A stretch of 63,645 nucleotides of DNA, the filler included, from Octopus bimaculoides (Eukaryota): NCBI RefSeq assembly GCF_001194135.2. It is 8 parts of 7 records of this genome, joined end to end, with 100 filler letters (N's around TTAATTAATTAA, not from the genome) between each part and the next. Parts side by side here need not be neighbours in the genome. Positions count along the whole stretch, not along the records: positions 31,420 to 38,682 come from NC_068991.1; positions 38,783 to 42,026 come from NC_068983.1; positions 42,127 to 44,228 come from NC_068982.1; positions 44,329 to 46,278 come from NC_068991.1; positions 46,379 to 48,010 come from NW_026373383.1; positions 48,111 to 61,909 come from NC_069000.1; 2 more parts are not named here. One strand, 5' to 3'. The notes beneath the pieces were generated by a model, which was not told the DNA's origin, searched no databases, and saw only the letters and a program-made list of their open reading frames with translations. Shown in pieces: positions 36,469 to 48,700 of the stretch. How positions within the stretch are numbered: position 1 is the first letter of the stretch; every line of letters begins with the position of its first letter. The translations under genes and the position numbers were made by a program.

Positions 36469-36535
36469 CCTATACACGAGTCTCGCTATTAATGACCAAA
36501 TAAAATAAGTTTGGTATCTGTAGCTCGTCAGTAGG
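36469..36535 (-). ncRNA. Hammerhead ribozyme motif with one core substitution (GAAAC to GAGAC)
   Basis: CCUA-CUGACGA-GCUA...UAGC-GAGAC-UCGU-GUA-UAGG: perfect 4-bp stems I and II. Confidence 0.55.
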
Positions 36536-37709
36536 CTCACATACTTATATAGCTATAATACGTACCGAAAACACGAGACAAACACATGCGCAAAACAGCT
36601 CCATCTTTATACATTATGGATGCAAACTTAGTGTGCGAGCGTAGTTATAATAGCCAAGCAATAAATAAATTTAAACTGTGTAGTATACGGCCTAAGAATT
36701 GAAAAACTTTACTGAATAATTATAGTTTGCTTCATTAAACTGAAGCATGATGGTGGCATCGGATGAAACTTGGGAGTTTTGGGGAATAAAATTATTAATT
36801 GATATGTGCACACACACACACACACACATTCACACACACATATACACACGCACAAACACACAAACACAAAGATACATACACGCGCACACATACATGCACA
36901 TACACACATAAACACCAACATATAAATACATCCCTATCTATTCAGCTTTATATCTATTTATCTATATATATATATTTAATTAATAAATGCAATAATGGGA
37001 TAAAAATCTTTTACAGGAATTTTATCAGGATGCTAGTGTGTAAAAAAATTCATAAGGGAAAAAAAAACCATCATTTTTTTATTCCCAAGAATATAGTTAT
37101 TCATTTATATTTATATAAGGGCATTACTACAGAATAATGCCACACATTAGACTTCCCAAATCAATTCACCTTTTACCGAATGCGAAGTAAATATATATAT
37201 ACAGATATATCTATATATGATATATATATGTATGCATATATGGCATATATGTATGTATATATACGTATATATATATATATATATANNNNNNNNNNNNNNN
37301 NNNNNNNNNNNNNNNNNNNNNNNNNNNNNNNNNNNNNNNNNNNNNNNNNNNNNNNNNNNNNNNNNNNNNNNNNNNNNNNNNNNNNNNNNNNNNNNNNNNN
37401 NNNNNNNNNNNNNNNNNNNNNNNNNNNNNNNNNNNNNNNNNNNNNNNNNNNNNNNNNNNNNNNNNNNNNNNNNNNNNNNNNNNNNNNNNNNNNNNNNNNN
37501 NNNNNNNNNNNNNNNNNNNNNNNNNNNNNNNNNNNNNNNNNNNNNNNNNNNNNNNNNNNNNNNNNNNNNNNNNNNNNNNNNNNNNNNNNNNNNNNNNNNN
37601 NNNNNNNNNNNNNNNNNNNNNNNNNNNNNNNNNNNNNNNNNNNNNNNNNNNNNNNNNNNNNNNNNNNNNNNNNNNNNNNNNNNNNNNNNNNNNNNNNNNN
37701 NNNNNNNNN

Positions 37710-37760
<51 letters not shown>

Positions 37761-37801
37761 TTTAGACAGATATATCTATATATAATATATATATGTATGC
37801 A

Positions 37802-37832
<31 letters not shown>

Positions 37833-38334
37833 GAAAAAACTTTGAGGGACAATATTGGTTTATTGAGACAAAAGGTTGTGTCTATTTTTCATATCGAAGA
37901 AGGATAAACTGAATAAATTTCTTTTTATACTTCACGGTAGGCAACCAAGGTTGGCGGGTGTGCGAGTAAGAGTACAAGAGTTACTGAAGGGAGTAGATAA
38001 AATCTTAGCTACATATGTTTCATAGCAAGGGGAACCTCAGAAGTGGTAAATACCTAAGCGAGTTGTATATCACAAGCTACTCTTCAGGCCAAAGATATCT
38101 TGATTAAATGAAAGTTTACATTGTCTCCATGTTTGGAAGATTCAGCCATGTCGTCCGATCGATGAATCCGCTTTCGATTGTAAATCACTAAACACTGCGT
38201 AGTTTAATCTTCTTGCTCGGGAATTCCTACTGTCGCTGCTCAAGAAAATGTACCCATAACAGTTATTTTCCTCTGCCAGAAATATAAAATGACTAATAGT
38301 AACGACGACGATGATGATGATAGTAAACATAATA

Positions 38335-38549
38335 ACGGTTTCCAATTTTACCAAAGGGGTGGTAGTTTTGAGGAGTGGATGAATCTATGGCATCGACCCC
38401 TGTCTCCAACTGGTATTTATTTTATCGACCCCTGAAAGATGAAAGTCAAAGTGTACCTCGGCGGAGCTTGAACTCAGAATGTGGAGACGGACGAAACACC
38501 GCTAAGCATTTCGCCCGGTGTGCTAATGATTCTACCAGCTCACTGCCTT
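38335..38549 (-). mobile_element. SINE family 2
   Basis: Reverse-complement homology to 28594-28810. Confidence 0.8.
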
Positions 38550-38556
38550 AATGATG

Positions 38557-38636
<80 letters not shown>

Positions 38637-38682
38637 AAGAAGAAGAAGAAGAAGAAGAAGAAGAAGAAGAAGAAGAAGAAGA
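38550..38682. repeat. (AAT)n-(AAG)n compound microsatellite
   Basis: Directly visible. Confidence 0.95.
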
Positions 38683-39425
38683 NNNNNNNNNNNNNNNNNN
38701 NNNNNNNNNNNNNNNNNNNNNNNNNNTTAATTAATTAANNNNNNNNNNNNNNNNNNNNNNNNNNNNNNNNNNNNNNNNNNNNATAAATAAAAAATATACA
38801 TTTACAAACATATATATATATATATATATATATATTCATATACATATATGAACATCTGCCTTTCTATCTATTTATATATGCATGGGTTTCCTATGCGAGG
38901 TGCACGCGTGTGTATGCCTATATGTGTATGTGTGTGTCGAAACATATATAGCAGTTATGCATTAAAAGGTGTTCAATTACTTTTTTATATATCTAAGTAT
39001 CTTGTCGCCTGAACGAACCCACTCTTGTTTTTAAACAGTGAAGCATTAATACGTATTCGCATGGCTGTTTTCTTCCTCGTACAAGTATACTGTATACCTT
39101 AAAGGGATGTGAACTCGGAAGAACCCATGCTTTTTGAAATGGTATTAAATGCCACTTAGCGAAGATAATTTCAATAAATCAAAAATATAACTTGGACATT
39201 AGGTATTATAAATAATACACCTATACATCTTTGTTGTTCTACCTACCATGCCCACACTGCGATTCCACTGAATTTACACAGACACACATACACAGACAAA
39301 CACATAGACACACATACACACACACACACTACACACACATACACACACAAACACACAGAGACAAACACTCACAAATACTGACGAACACATATGCGTGCAC
39401 GCGTATAAACGTATGTATGTATCTA

Positions 39426-39504
<79 letters not shown>

Positions 39505-39790
39505 NNNNNNNNNNNNNNNNNNNNNNNNNNNNNNNNNNNNNNNNNNNNNNNNNNNNNNNNNNNNNNNNNNNNNNNNNNNNNNNNNNNNNNNNNNNNNNNN
39601 NNNNNNNNNNNNNNNNNNNNNNNNNNNNNNNNNNNNNNNNNNNNNNNNNNNNNNNNNNNNNNNNNNNNNNNNNNNNNNNNNNNNNNNNNNNNNNNNNNNN
39701 NNNNNNNNNNNNNNNNNNNNNNNNNNNNNNNNNNNNNNNNNNNNNNNNNNNNNNNNNNNNNNNNNNNNNNNNNNNNNNNNNNNNNNNNNN

Positions 39791-39832
<42 letters not shown>

Positions 39833-40113
39833 TAAAAAAAACAAACAAAAAAAAACAAAAAAAAACAAAGACCCATTTCTTATGAACACGCATACACAAA
39901 CAGGTACACAGAGGCATATACAGAATATATGTATTTACGAATATATAGATATAAGTATACATGCATTCATTCTTACATAGGCACAATATAATAAAATGAT
40001 ATTTACTTTACTTTATATTATACTCATTTATTGTGCTTTTAATTATTAATTTTTCTATATGTGATAGTGGATTTTCATCGATGAGTTCTTGAAACTTATT
40101 TTCCCTAAAACTA

Positions 40114-40156
<43 letters not shown>

Positions 40157-40239
40157 TATGTGTGTGCTTGAATGAGTGCGCTTCTCATAAACTTTATATA
40201 ACCTTATGAACCGAGTTTCTCATTTTCGCAGTGAAGTTG

Positions 40240-40291
<52 letters not shown>

Positions 40292-40405
40292 TCTCTCTCT
40301 TTCTCAGTCTCTTTCTCACTCCTTCCTCTTTACACTAATATTAATTGCTTCACTACAGAGAACACGTTGTCTCTGTTTTGTGTGTTGTTGCCGTTGATTT
40401 CTATA

Positions 40406-40515
40406 TTGCTGCTGCTGATGCTGCTGTTGCTGTTGCTGCTGCTGCTGCAGCTGTTGCTGCTGCTGCTGTTGCCGTTGCCCCCCTATCCACACCTGCTGCT
40501 GTTCTCGCTGCTGCT
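40406..40515. repeat. Degenerate (GCT/GTT)n repeat
   Basis: Directly visible; no supported reading frame. Confidence 0.85.
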
Positions 40516-40937
40516 ACCGTCGGTACTTGTTCCCAAACGATGCGAACCGTCAACAAAAATAAATAGCAACGAAGCCAACCGCATGTCTGTCTTCACAGCT
40601 GAGCCTAGAACCCCACATAACAACATCCATCCTCCGATCTCATTACATAAGCATGTATACACATGTGCCCTCTATACATATACACACATACTGATAGAGA
40701 GAAAAAAGACAAAGACCCATTTCTTATGAACACGCACACACAAACAGGTATACAGGCACATACACAATATATGTATTTACGAATATATAGATATAAATAT
40801 ACATACATCCATTCTTACATAGGCACAAAATAATATAAAATGTATGTATGTATGTATGTATGTATGCATGTATGAATGTATGTATAGTATGTATGTATGT
40901 ATGTATGCATGCATGTATGTATCTATCTATCTATCTC

Positions 40938-40976
<39 letters not shown>

Positions 40977-42185
40977 TAAAACAGTAGGGTAAAAAAGTGG
41001 ATATTAATTGATATCAATTTAATACCAGGGAACAAGCATATTAAAAGAATCAAGGAGATTCAGAAAAAATTCGGTCTTTGAGAACAATTCGGTCTTAGTA
41101 GACACATTACATGTGATCTTCTTCTAGTACATTAACAGTCCACCTAGTGATCTCCTTTATATATATATATATATATATAAGCAATGTTAATTCTCTAAAT
41201 GAAGTATTNNNNNNNNNNNNNNNNNNNNNNNNNNNNNNNNNNNNNNNNNNNNNNNNNNNNNNNNNNNNNNNNNNNNNNNNNNNNNNNNNNNNNNNNNNNN
41301 NNNNNNNNNNNNNNNNNNNNNNNNNNNNNNNNNNNNNNNNNNNNNNNNNNNNNNNNNNNNNNNNNNNNNNNNNNNNNNNNNNNNNNNNNNNNNNNNNNNN
41401 NNNNNNNNNNNNNNNNNNNNNNNNNNNNNNNNNNNNNNNNNNNNNNNNNNNNNNNNNNNNNNNNNNNNNNNNNNNNNNNNNNNNNNNNNNNNNNNNNNNN
41501 NNNNNNNNNNNNNNNNNNNNNNNNNNNNNNNNNNNNNNNNNNNNNNNNNNNNNNNNNNNNNNNNNNNNNNNNNNNNNNNNNNNNNNNNNNNNNNNNNNNN
41601 NNNNNNNNNNNNNNNNNNNNNNNNNNNNNNNNNNNNNNNNNNNNNNNNNNNNNNNNNNNNNNNNNNNNNNNNNNNNNNNNNNNNNNNNNNNNNNNNNNNN
41701 NNNNNNNNATCTTGTATTCAGGCCTTATTTGTATAGATACTTTATCTTCTCTTTCACTTGTTTTATTCATTATACTGCGGCAATGAATGCGCACCACTTT
41801 AATGGCTTAAGTCGAACACATCTATCCGGTATTTAAATTCTTTAGGCCGAACTGCTAACTTAGGGTGCGTATGAAAACCAAGACCTGTTCTGAAGGGGTG
41901 GGGGAGGACAAACCGAAACAGAAGCACACACACACAGACAAACACACACACGCACACACACGCACACACACGCACACCCACACAATCACCTCCACAAACA
42001 CACTCACACGCGCGCGGATACACGCGNNNNNNNNNNNNNNNNNNNNNNNNNNNNNNNNNNNNNNNNNNNNTTAATTAATTAANNNNNNNNNNNNNNNNNN
42101 NNNNNNNNNNNNNNNNNNNNNNNNNNAAGATGGTATAAGACTACAAAAGAATATATTAGACTTTACAAGACTTAAAAAAAAACTT

Positions 42186-42680
42186 TATAAGAAGTGTTGA
42201 AAGTGTCGTCCTTCATTTGCAATACATAATTTGACTCTTCAACACGTTTTGGAATACATCTTGGAGAGTCTGACACAGTATGGACCGTGTGACGGTTATG
42301 ATTGCGTCTTTTAGCTCATTAATGGCTTTCGAGCAATTCTTGTACAATGATCCTTTACTTGCTTCCCAGAACAAAAAGTCTGGCAGTGTTAAATCAGGTG
42401 CTCCTGGTGGCCAAAGTCCCTTTGAAATAATCCGTTCACCGAAAAACTCTTGAAGTAGCACCATGGTGAAGCGCGAAGTATGTTCTGTAGATCCTTCTTG
42501 CTGAAAGTATGTATTATTAATTTCACTTTCAGTGAGTTGATCTACAAATGGAGAGACAACATATGAGCAATATCTCTCGGTGTTGATGGTGTCTTCAAAA
42601 ACATATCGGTCCCACAATACGCTTTCTTGAAATTGCTATCCATACTGCAACATTTTCGGGAAGCAGAGGTTGCTCATGTA
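42186..42680 (-). mobile_element. Tc1/mariner-superfamily transposase C-terminal relic
   Basis: Motifs HEQPL..VAVWIAISRKRIVGP, FQQEGST, WPPGAPDLTLPDF and terminal GRHFQHFL*. Frameshifted, and its 5' side is replaced by a SINE fragment. Confidence 0.85.
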
Positions 42681-42839
42681 CCTTGGGCAAGTGTCTTCTA
42701 CTATAGCTTCGGGCCGACCAAAGCCTTGTGAGTGGATTTGGTAAACGGAAACTGAAAGACGCCCGTCGTACATTACATATACACAGACATGCAGGAAGTA
42801 AATTCATTTTCAGTTTCAAAATTTCAGGCAGTAACCTGA

Positions 42840-43010
42840 ATAATAATAATAACAATAACATCGAAAAAAAAAAACACCTTAGGAATGAGAACCCAGGTTT
42901 GAAATTTCTCCAAGACGCCTGATGAAGGCTGGAGGGTATATCAACCGAAACGTTGTGTTAAAAAACAAGATGAGGACAAATATCCATCAAATGTAAATAA
43001 TGTAAATAAT
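42840..43010 (+). mobile_element. Penelope-type terminal repeat (pLTR-like) carrying a hammerhead motif
   Basis: A non-coding repeat with a CTGATGA..GAAACGTT core, ending in a (TGTAAATAA) repeat. Confidence 0.6.
42914..42959 (+). ncRNA. Type I minimal hammerhead ribozyme motif (GUU site)
   Basis: Stem I GACGC/GUGUU; core CUGAUGA with an extra A; stem II GGCUG/CAACC (1 mismatch); GAAAC-GUU with self-complementary AACGUU stem III. Confidence 0.65.
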
Positions 43011-43104
43011 GAAAGTATTTTGTATTTCAAAGGGTCATATGATCATAAGCTGGATACCCTAACCACGAAGCTACACACCTCAACAGACTAACACAGACCC
43101 AGTT

Positions 43105-43445
43105 AAGGGATATGAAGCTAGACGAGCAGTTTCCCCAGGTCGTTCTTCACCTCCTTAAATCACAGAACTACATCCATCCCGAGGCCGGACATAGTTCTGG
43201 GGTCTGAGGAGGCGAAGAAAAGAACCCTGAACGAAATTTACAGCCCCAGTGGAAGAATAGTGCAAATAAACCTTCGAATGGAAAAGTGCCAAACACCAAA
43301 AGCTTTTGAAAGATTGCAAGGAGAATGGTTGGCAGACATTGTTATTCCCAGTCGAGGCTGGTTGTAGAGGAGCCTCAGTTCAGTCGGAATGCTCGGAGAA
43401 TGCTCGGGGCTATAGTTTCTGGTTAAGGCTGCTTTCATCAAAGGT
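43105..43445 (+). mobile_element. Hero-like RLE LINE 3' fragment
   Basis: RPDIVL, PWEE-like segment and KDCKENGWQTLLFPVEAGCRG; frameshifted. Confidence 0.85.
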
Positions 43446-43463
43446 AAATGAAGGGGATGCAGC

Positions 43464-43505
<42 letters not shown>

Positions 43506-44171
43506 CGCGCGCGCGTGTGCATGCGTTTGTGCGTGTGTTCGCATATGTGCTTACGTTTACCCTGCTTAATAGCTGGTGCTGTTCGTTTATGTTGCGTATA
43601 AAGCATCAGATTGAGTTCGTTATGGCCGACCAACTGTTTGTAAACGATACCACAACATGGCTGCAGTCTTGTGACAAGAAACAGAAAAAGAATAAAAGTA
43701 AAAATAAAATATGTGCTCATTGGTCTTCCTCGGAATATGTCAGTTGCGCATTACAGGCGACGTATATCAAAGGGGCAGTCGATTATGTCAACTCCAGTAC
43801 TCGACTGGACGAGAGATCACCTTAACGTACATACACGAACGGAGATATATTTACGTCATACATATATACACACAAGACACACCTAACATACTAATATATT
43901 ACGTTACCCACATTAAACACACACATGCACACATCGAACAATTACATACATATATACAACACTGCGCATAGATATACACTCACAAATACAAGTTACACAA
44001 AATATACACCCTCCACACACACATATATATGCTACGCCATACACATACACAAAATAGTCACTGTGCATGCATGCGTGTATGTCCGTATGTGTGTGTATAT
44101 ATATATGTAGAAGTTCATATAATATATACATACATATATATACGTACACAGACAGTCACACACACATATGT

Positions 44172-44228
<57 letters not shown>

Positions 44229-44553
44229 NNNNNNNNNNNNNNNNNNNNNNNNNNNNNNNNNNNNNNNNNNNNTTAATTAATTAANNNNNNNNNNNNNNNN
44301 NNNNNNNNNNNNNNNNNNNNNNNNNNNNATGAGGGGTTTAGCTCACTTGTGATCTAAATGAATAGGTATGCTGAGTAAGTGCTATAGTTGGTCAATTATT
44401 AGGTTTTTTAAGATCACAGCTAAGGCTGGATCTAGGGATCTGTGTTAGGGTCCCGTTATAGCATGTATATATTATATTAGAGGAAAAATCAAAACCAAGG
44501 CAGAACAAGTATCTCAAATCATTTAGAATTATTAGGGTAAGGTGAATTTAAAG

Positions 44554-44626
44554 TCTTACAGCTGTTTCTGGGATAACCCAAAGGCTGGTTAGCATATCCG
44601 TGCACTGGGTATACTGTCATCAGAGA
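44554..44626 (-). ncRNA. Degenerate hammerhead motif
   Basis: UCU-CUGAUGA...GAAAC-AGCU-GUA-AGA. Stem III is the palindrome ACAGCUGU; basal stem II has decayed. Confidence 0.45.
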
Positions 44627-45599
44627 TGAGGTATGAATATTTTAGACAGGGAAAATTTACAGTTTACAAGGAATAAATTTCACAGTTTATAAGGAATAAA
44701 ATAGAAGAATAAAGTAGTAAAATAGAAGAATAAAGAGTAAAAGTAGTTAGAAGAATATAGGCAGGGGAATAATGTTCACAACTCATCTTTTCCCAGAGGA
44801 TATGGATGTTGGTCAGTATTTCCATATTGGTACAGGTTTGTAGTTAAAATCCCAGGTAAATCCAGGCAATATTTAGACAGTGTTCTAAATGATGTATTCA
44901 TATTGTAAATGTGTATATAGAGCAAGAAAGTATGATGGATATAAATGGGTTTTGTGAGTGGGTGTATGAGAGAGAGAGAGAGAGAGAGAGAGATAGGAGA
45001 AAGGATTAGAAAATAAGATAGTGATAAAAGGGAAAAAATAAGAATAAAATAAAAATATAAAAATAATAAAATAAAAATACAAAAATAATAAAATAAAAGA
45101 TGAGGTAATGACAGATATATCCTAAATGGGCTTTGTGAGTGAGTGTGTACAGGAGAGGAGAAAGGGAATAAAAATAAAACAAGATAGAGATAACAGGGTA
45201 AAGAATAAGATAAAAAAAAATAAAAGTAAATGTAATTACATATACATGTCAGTATTGCATGGGAGTTAGGTGTCAATTGTAAAAGTTTCAGTAGATAGGG
45301 GTGGAAGGCCAATCTAGGTAAGGTTATAAGGACAATAGTTTAGTGCTGATATTTAAAATTATATTCCAAGCTTCATAGCCATTAAATGAGATAAAGGATT
45401 AAGAATTAAACCTAAAATTGAAATTGAAAATGTAAACTTAAAATTACAAACTAAGAAAACTAAAGTAAAAAAACAACAAAAACAAAGCTTTTCCATGTTG
45501 TCATAAGTTCTATCACACCTTTAAATTCTTCCATACATCCAAATGCAAACAAAATCAACACACATAATGCATCCATACAGTCGTTATAATATATATCTA

Positions 45600-46205
45600 T
45601 TTACATCCAATTACAGTGGATGTACACATCAACCAATTGGATGAAATGATGAGTGAACTTACAATTAAACAACTGACATTGGTCAACAAAGACAGGCCAG
45701 TTGCACAAAGAACACTACTCAAGTTATAGGAACTGAACTTGGAACTTTATATTTTTATTTCATTCTTATTTTACCCTTTTACCACTATCTTATTTTCTAA
45801 TCCTTTCTCCTCTCTCTCTCTCTCATACACCCACTCACAAAACCCATTTACATGCATCACATTTTCTCGCTCTATATACACATTTACAATATTAATACAT
45901 CATTCAGAACACTATGTTCACCAGACCTTGCACCAACTGACTATCACATTTTCCAGGCATTAGACAACTTTTTGCAAGGAAAAAGCTTCAAATCTGAAGA
46001 AGATGCAAAAACAGCCTTTCATGATTTCATCACCACTTGACCTCCAGAATTCTTCATTGCCAGCATAAATAAGCTACTGATAAAATTGCAAGTTGTGTTG
46101 TTAATTTAGGTGCATATTTTGATTAACTGCATTGCTTCTTGTTGAGTTAAAGTAAAATAAACTTTCAGTTCAAAATTGAACATTTCATTCTTAATTACCT
46201 AATAT
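45600..46205 (+). mobile_element. mariner transposase relic interrupted by a 168-bp insertion
   Basis: TVDVHINQLDEM..LVNKDRP..KL*ELNLE precedes the insert. SPDLAPTDYHIFQALDNFLQGKSFKSEEDAK follows it. The end is TIR-like (ttaattacctaata). Confidence 0.8.
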
Positions 46206-46231
46206 ATATACACACACACACACACATACAC

Positions 46232-46278
<47 letters not shown>

Positions 46279-46379
46279 NNNNNNNNNNNNNNNNNNNNNN
46301 NNNNNNNNNNNNNNNNNNNNNNTTAATTAATTAANNNNNNNNNNNNNNNNNNNNNNNNNNNNNNNNNNNNNNNNNNNNG

Positions 46380-47665
46380 CTGTCCCCCGTCCCAGGGTCT
46401 CACGGGCCCATACCTCCCACACCCTCAGAGTTGGCACTCAATATCGGCACACTGAAAGGTAGGTCTGCTGAGATTGTTGAGATGCTTGAACGGAGATGTG
46501 TCGATATGTGCTGCCTCCAAGAAGTAAGGTGGAGAGAAGGTTCCACTAGGTTCCTCACAGGCAAAAACACAGGTACAAGATTTTCTGGGCAGGGTACACT
46601 GACGGGGTTGGAGTCGTGGGTATACTTCTTGTGGAGAAATGGGTTGATAAGGTAATCGAGGTAGTCAGAGAATGCGACAGAATACTTAAGATTAGATTAG
46701 TGCTTCATCATGGGTTAGCAACCATTATCTCGGCTTATGCCCCTCAGCCAGGGCTATCTGATGGACAGAGAGACAATTTTATGACACCCTCCTGCAGAGT
46801 ACCTCGTTGACGAATGACAGGGACCTTTGCTTTGTGGCTGGTAACTTCAATGGACATGTTGGACAACATACAGGGGGCTTCCATGGCGTACATGGACGCT
46901 ACGGTTTTGGTTCCCACAATGAGGAGGGAACCAGACTGCTGGAGTTCTGCGATGCAATTGATCTTATGGTTTGCAATACTAACTTCAGGAAACCTGCCAG
47001 TCACCTAGTCACCTACCTTCTGGCAGGTACGCTAGCCAAATTGACTACATCCTTGCCAGAAAAAAGGAAACACGGCTGCTTATAAATGCCAAAACCTTCC
47101 CAGGCGAAGAATGTACCGCACAACATAGATTGGTAGTTAGTGACTTCAAGATCAGGGCTAAGTGGTTGCCCAGAAGACGACCAGCATGGAGGAAAAGGGT
47201 CTGGAAGCTTACAGATCCTGTGAATGGACAGAGATTTATAGACATATTACTCAAAGCTTTTGACGAAATAGAAGGGGATATAGCTTCACATGATGTAGAT
47301 GACAACTGGCGGATTCTACAGGACAACCTGCTGAGGGCCACTGATCTGTGGATGGCACAAAGTCCCCTTTCGACCCAAAATAATGTGGTGGTGGAACAGT
47401 GTTGTTGACAGGGCTATTAGACAAAAGAAACAGGCTTGGAAGGACTGGAAGAACGGTGGTAGTAGGGAATTGTATCAGACTGCCAGAAAGGAAGCTAAGC
47501 GACAGGTTTATTTAGCCAGAGGGGAAGAAAAAGTTTGCCATTGTTCTGCGCCATGAGGTCCAAAGACTTGAGGTATTTTGTGTTGCAAGACAGTGTGTGA
47601 GAGAGAATTGTGATGTCGTAAGTGAGAAATGTGTCCATGTGGATGATGGTTCACTTGCACTAAAT
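46380..47665 (+). mobile_element. RTE-clade LINE, frameshifted AP-endonuclease region
   Basis: LNIGTL, CLQEVRW, GVGIL, ISAYAPQ, GNFNGHVG, NEEGTRLLEFC and NTNFRK motifs occur across several frames. Confidence 0.95.
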
Positions 47666-47977
47666 AGTTTACTTCCACTCTATAGTGGAAGACACTAGCT
47701 GAAGGTGCCACATACATTATATATGTGCATATCATTACTATTATGTAAAAGTGTTCTAAGTTCAAAACAGTGCTTTTTCAGAAAACGAAAAAATAGTTTC
47801 AACACACCATAGCAAAACTGTTGTACTACACTTCGATAATTTTTGATATCTTGGCATCTGAAGCAGCTGGAGATATGATAGTTTGACCAAAAGAACCGAC
47901 ATTTGCAAGCAAAAATAAGTATTGTAAAAAACACATTTGGCCAAATTTGAATGTACAACAGTTTAACATAATAGGAA

Positions 47978-48010
<33 letters not shown>

Positions 48011-48110
48011 NNNNNNNNNNNNNNNNNNNNNNNNNNNNNNNNNNNNNNNNNNNNTTAATTAATTAANNNNNNNNNNNNNNNNNNNNNNNNNNNNNNNNNN
48101 NNNNNNNNNN

Positions 48111-48700
48111 TGTGTGTATGTGTATATGTGCGTTGCTGTGTACATGTGTGTGCGTGCATTTGCTATTGTATGTGCGTGTGTTGTTTATGCCCATGTGTGT
48201 GTCATTGTATGCGTGTCTGTGTGAGTGTGTAGTGTTGGTGAGAAGTGTGTGTGTGCGTGTATGTGGGTGTGTGCGTGTGTGTGTATGTCTGTGGATGTGC
48301 GTGTGGGATTGTGAGTGTTAGGTACGGGTGTATGTGTGTCTGTATGTGTGTTTCCATGTGCGTGTGTGTGTGTGCATGTGTGTATGTGTGTATGTGTGCA
48401 TGTGTGTTGTGTATGTGTGTGATTTTGTGTATGTGAGAGGTGTGTTTGTGTGTTTATGTGTGTGCGTGTGTATGTGTGTGAGAGCGTAAGGATGTGTGCC
48501 AGGTATGTGTGTTATTTTGTGTGTGCACTCCTGTGTGTATGTGTGTGCATGTGTATGCGGCTGTGTATGTAGGCGTGCGCGTATATATGGGTGTGTGTGT
48601 GTGTATATGTGCGTTCGTCTATATGTGTGTGAGGGCGCGCTGGTATGTTTGTCATGTATGTGGGAGGTATATATGTAAGGTGTGTGTGTAGGTGTATGGG
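48111..48700. repeat. Long degenerate (TG)n low-complexity tract
   Basis: Directly visible. Confidence 0.9.

Noticed and set aside
40345-40729. Poly-Ala, poly-Leu and poly-Gln frames
   Set aside because: A trinucleotide repeat with flanking stops and no splice support.
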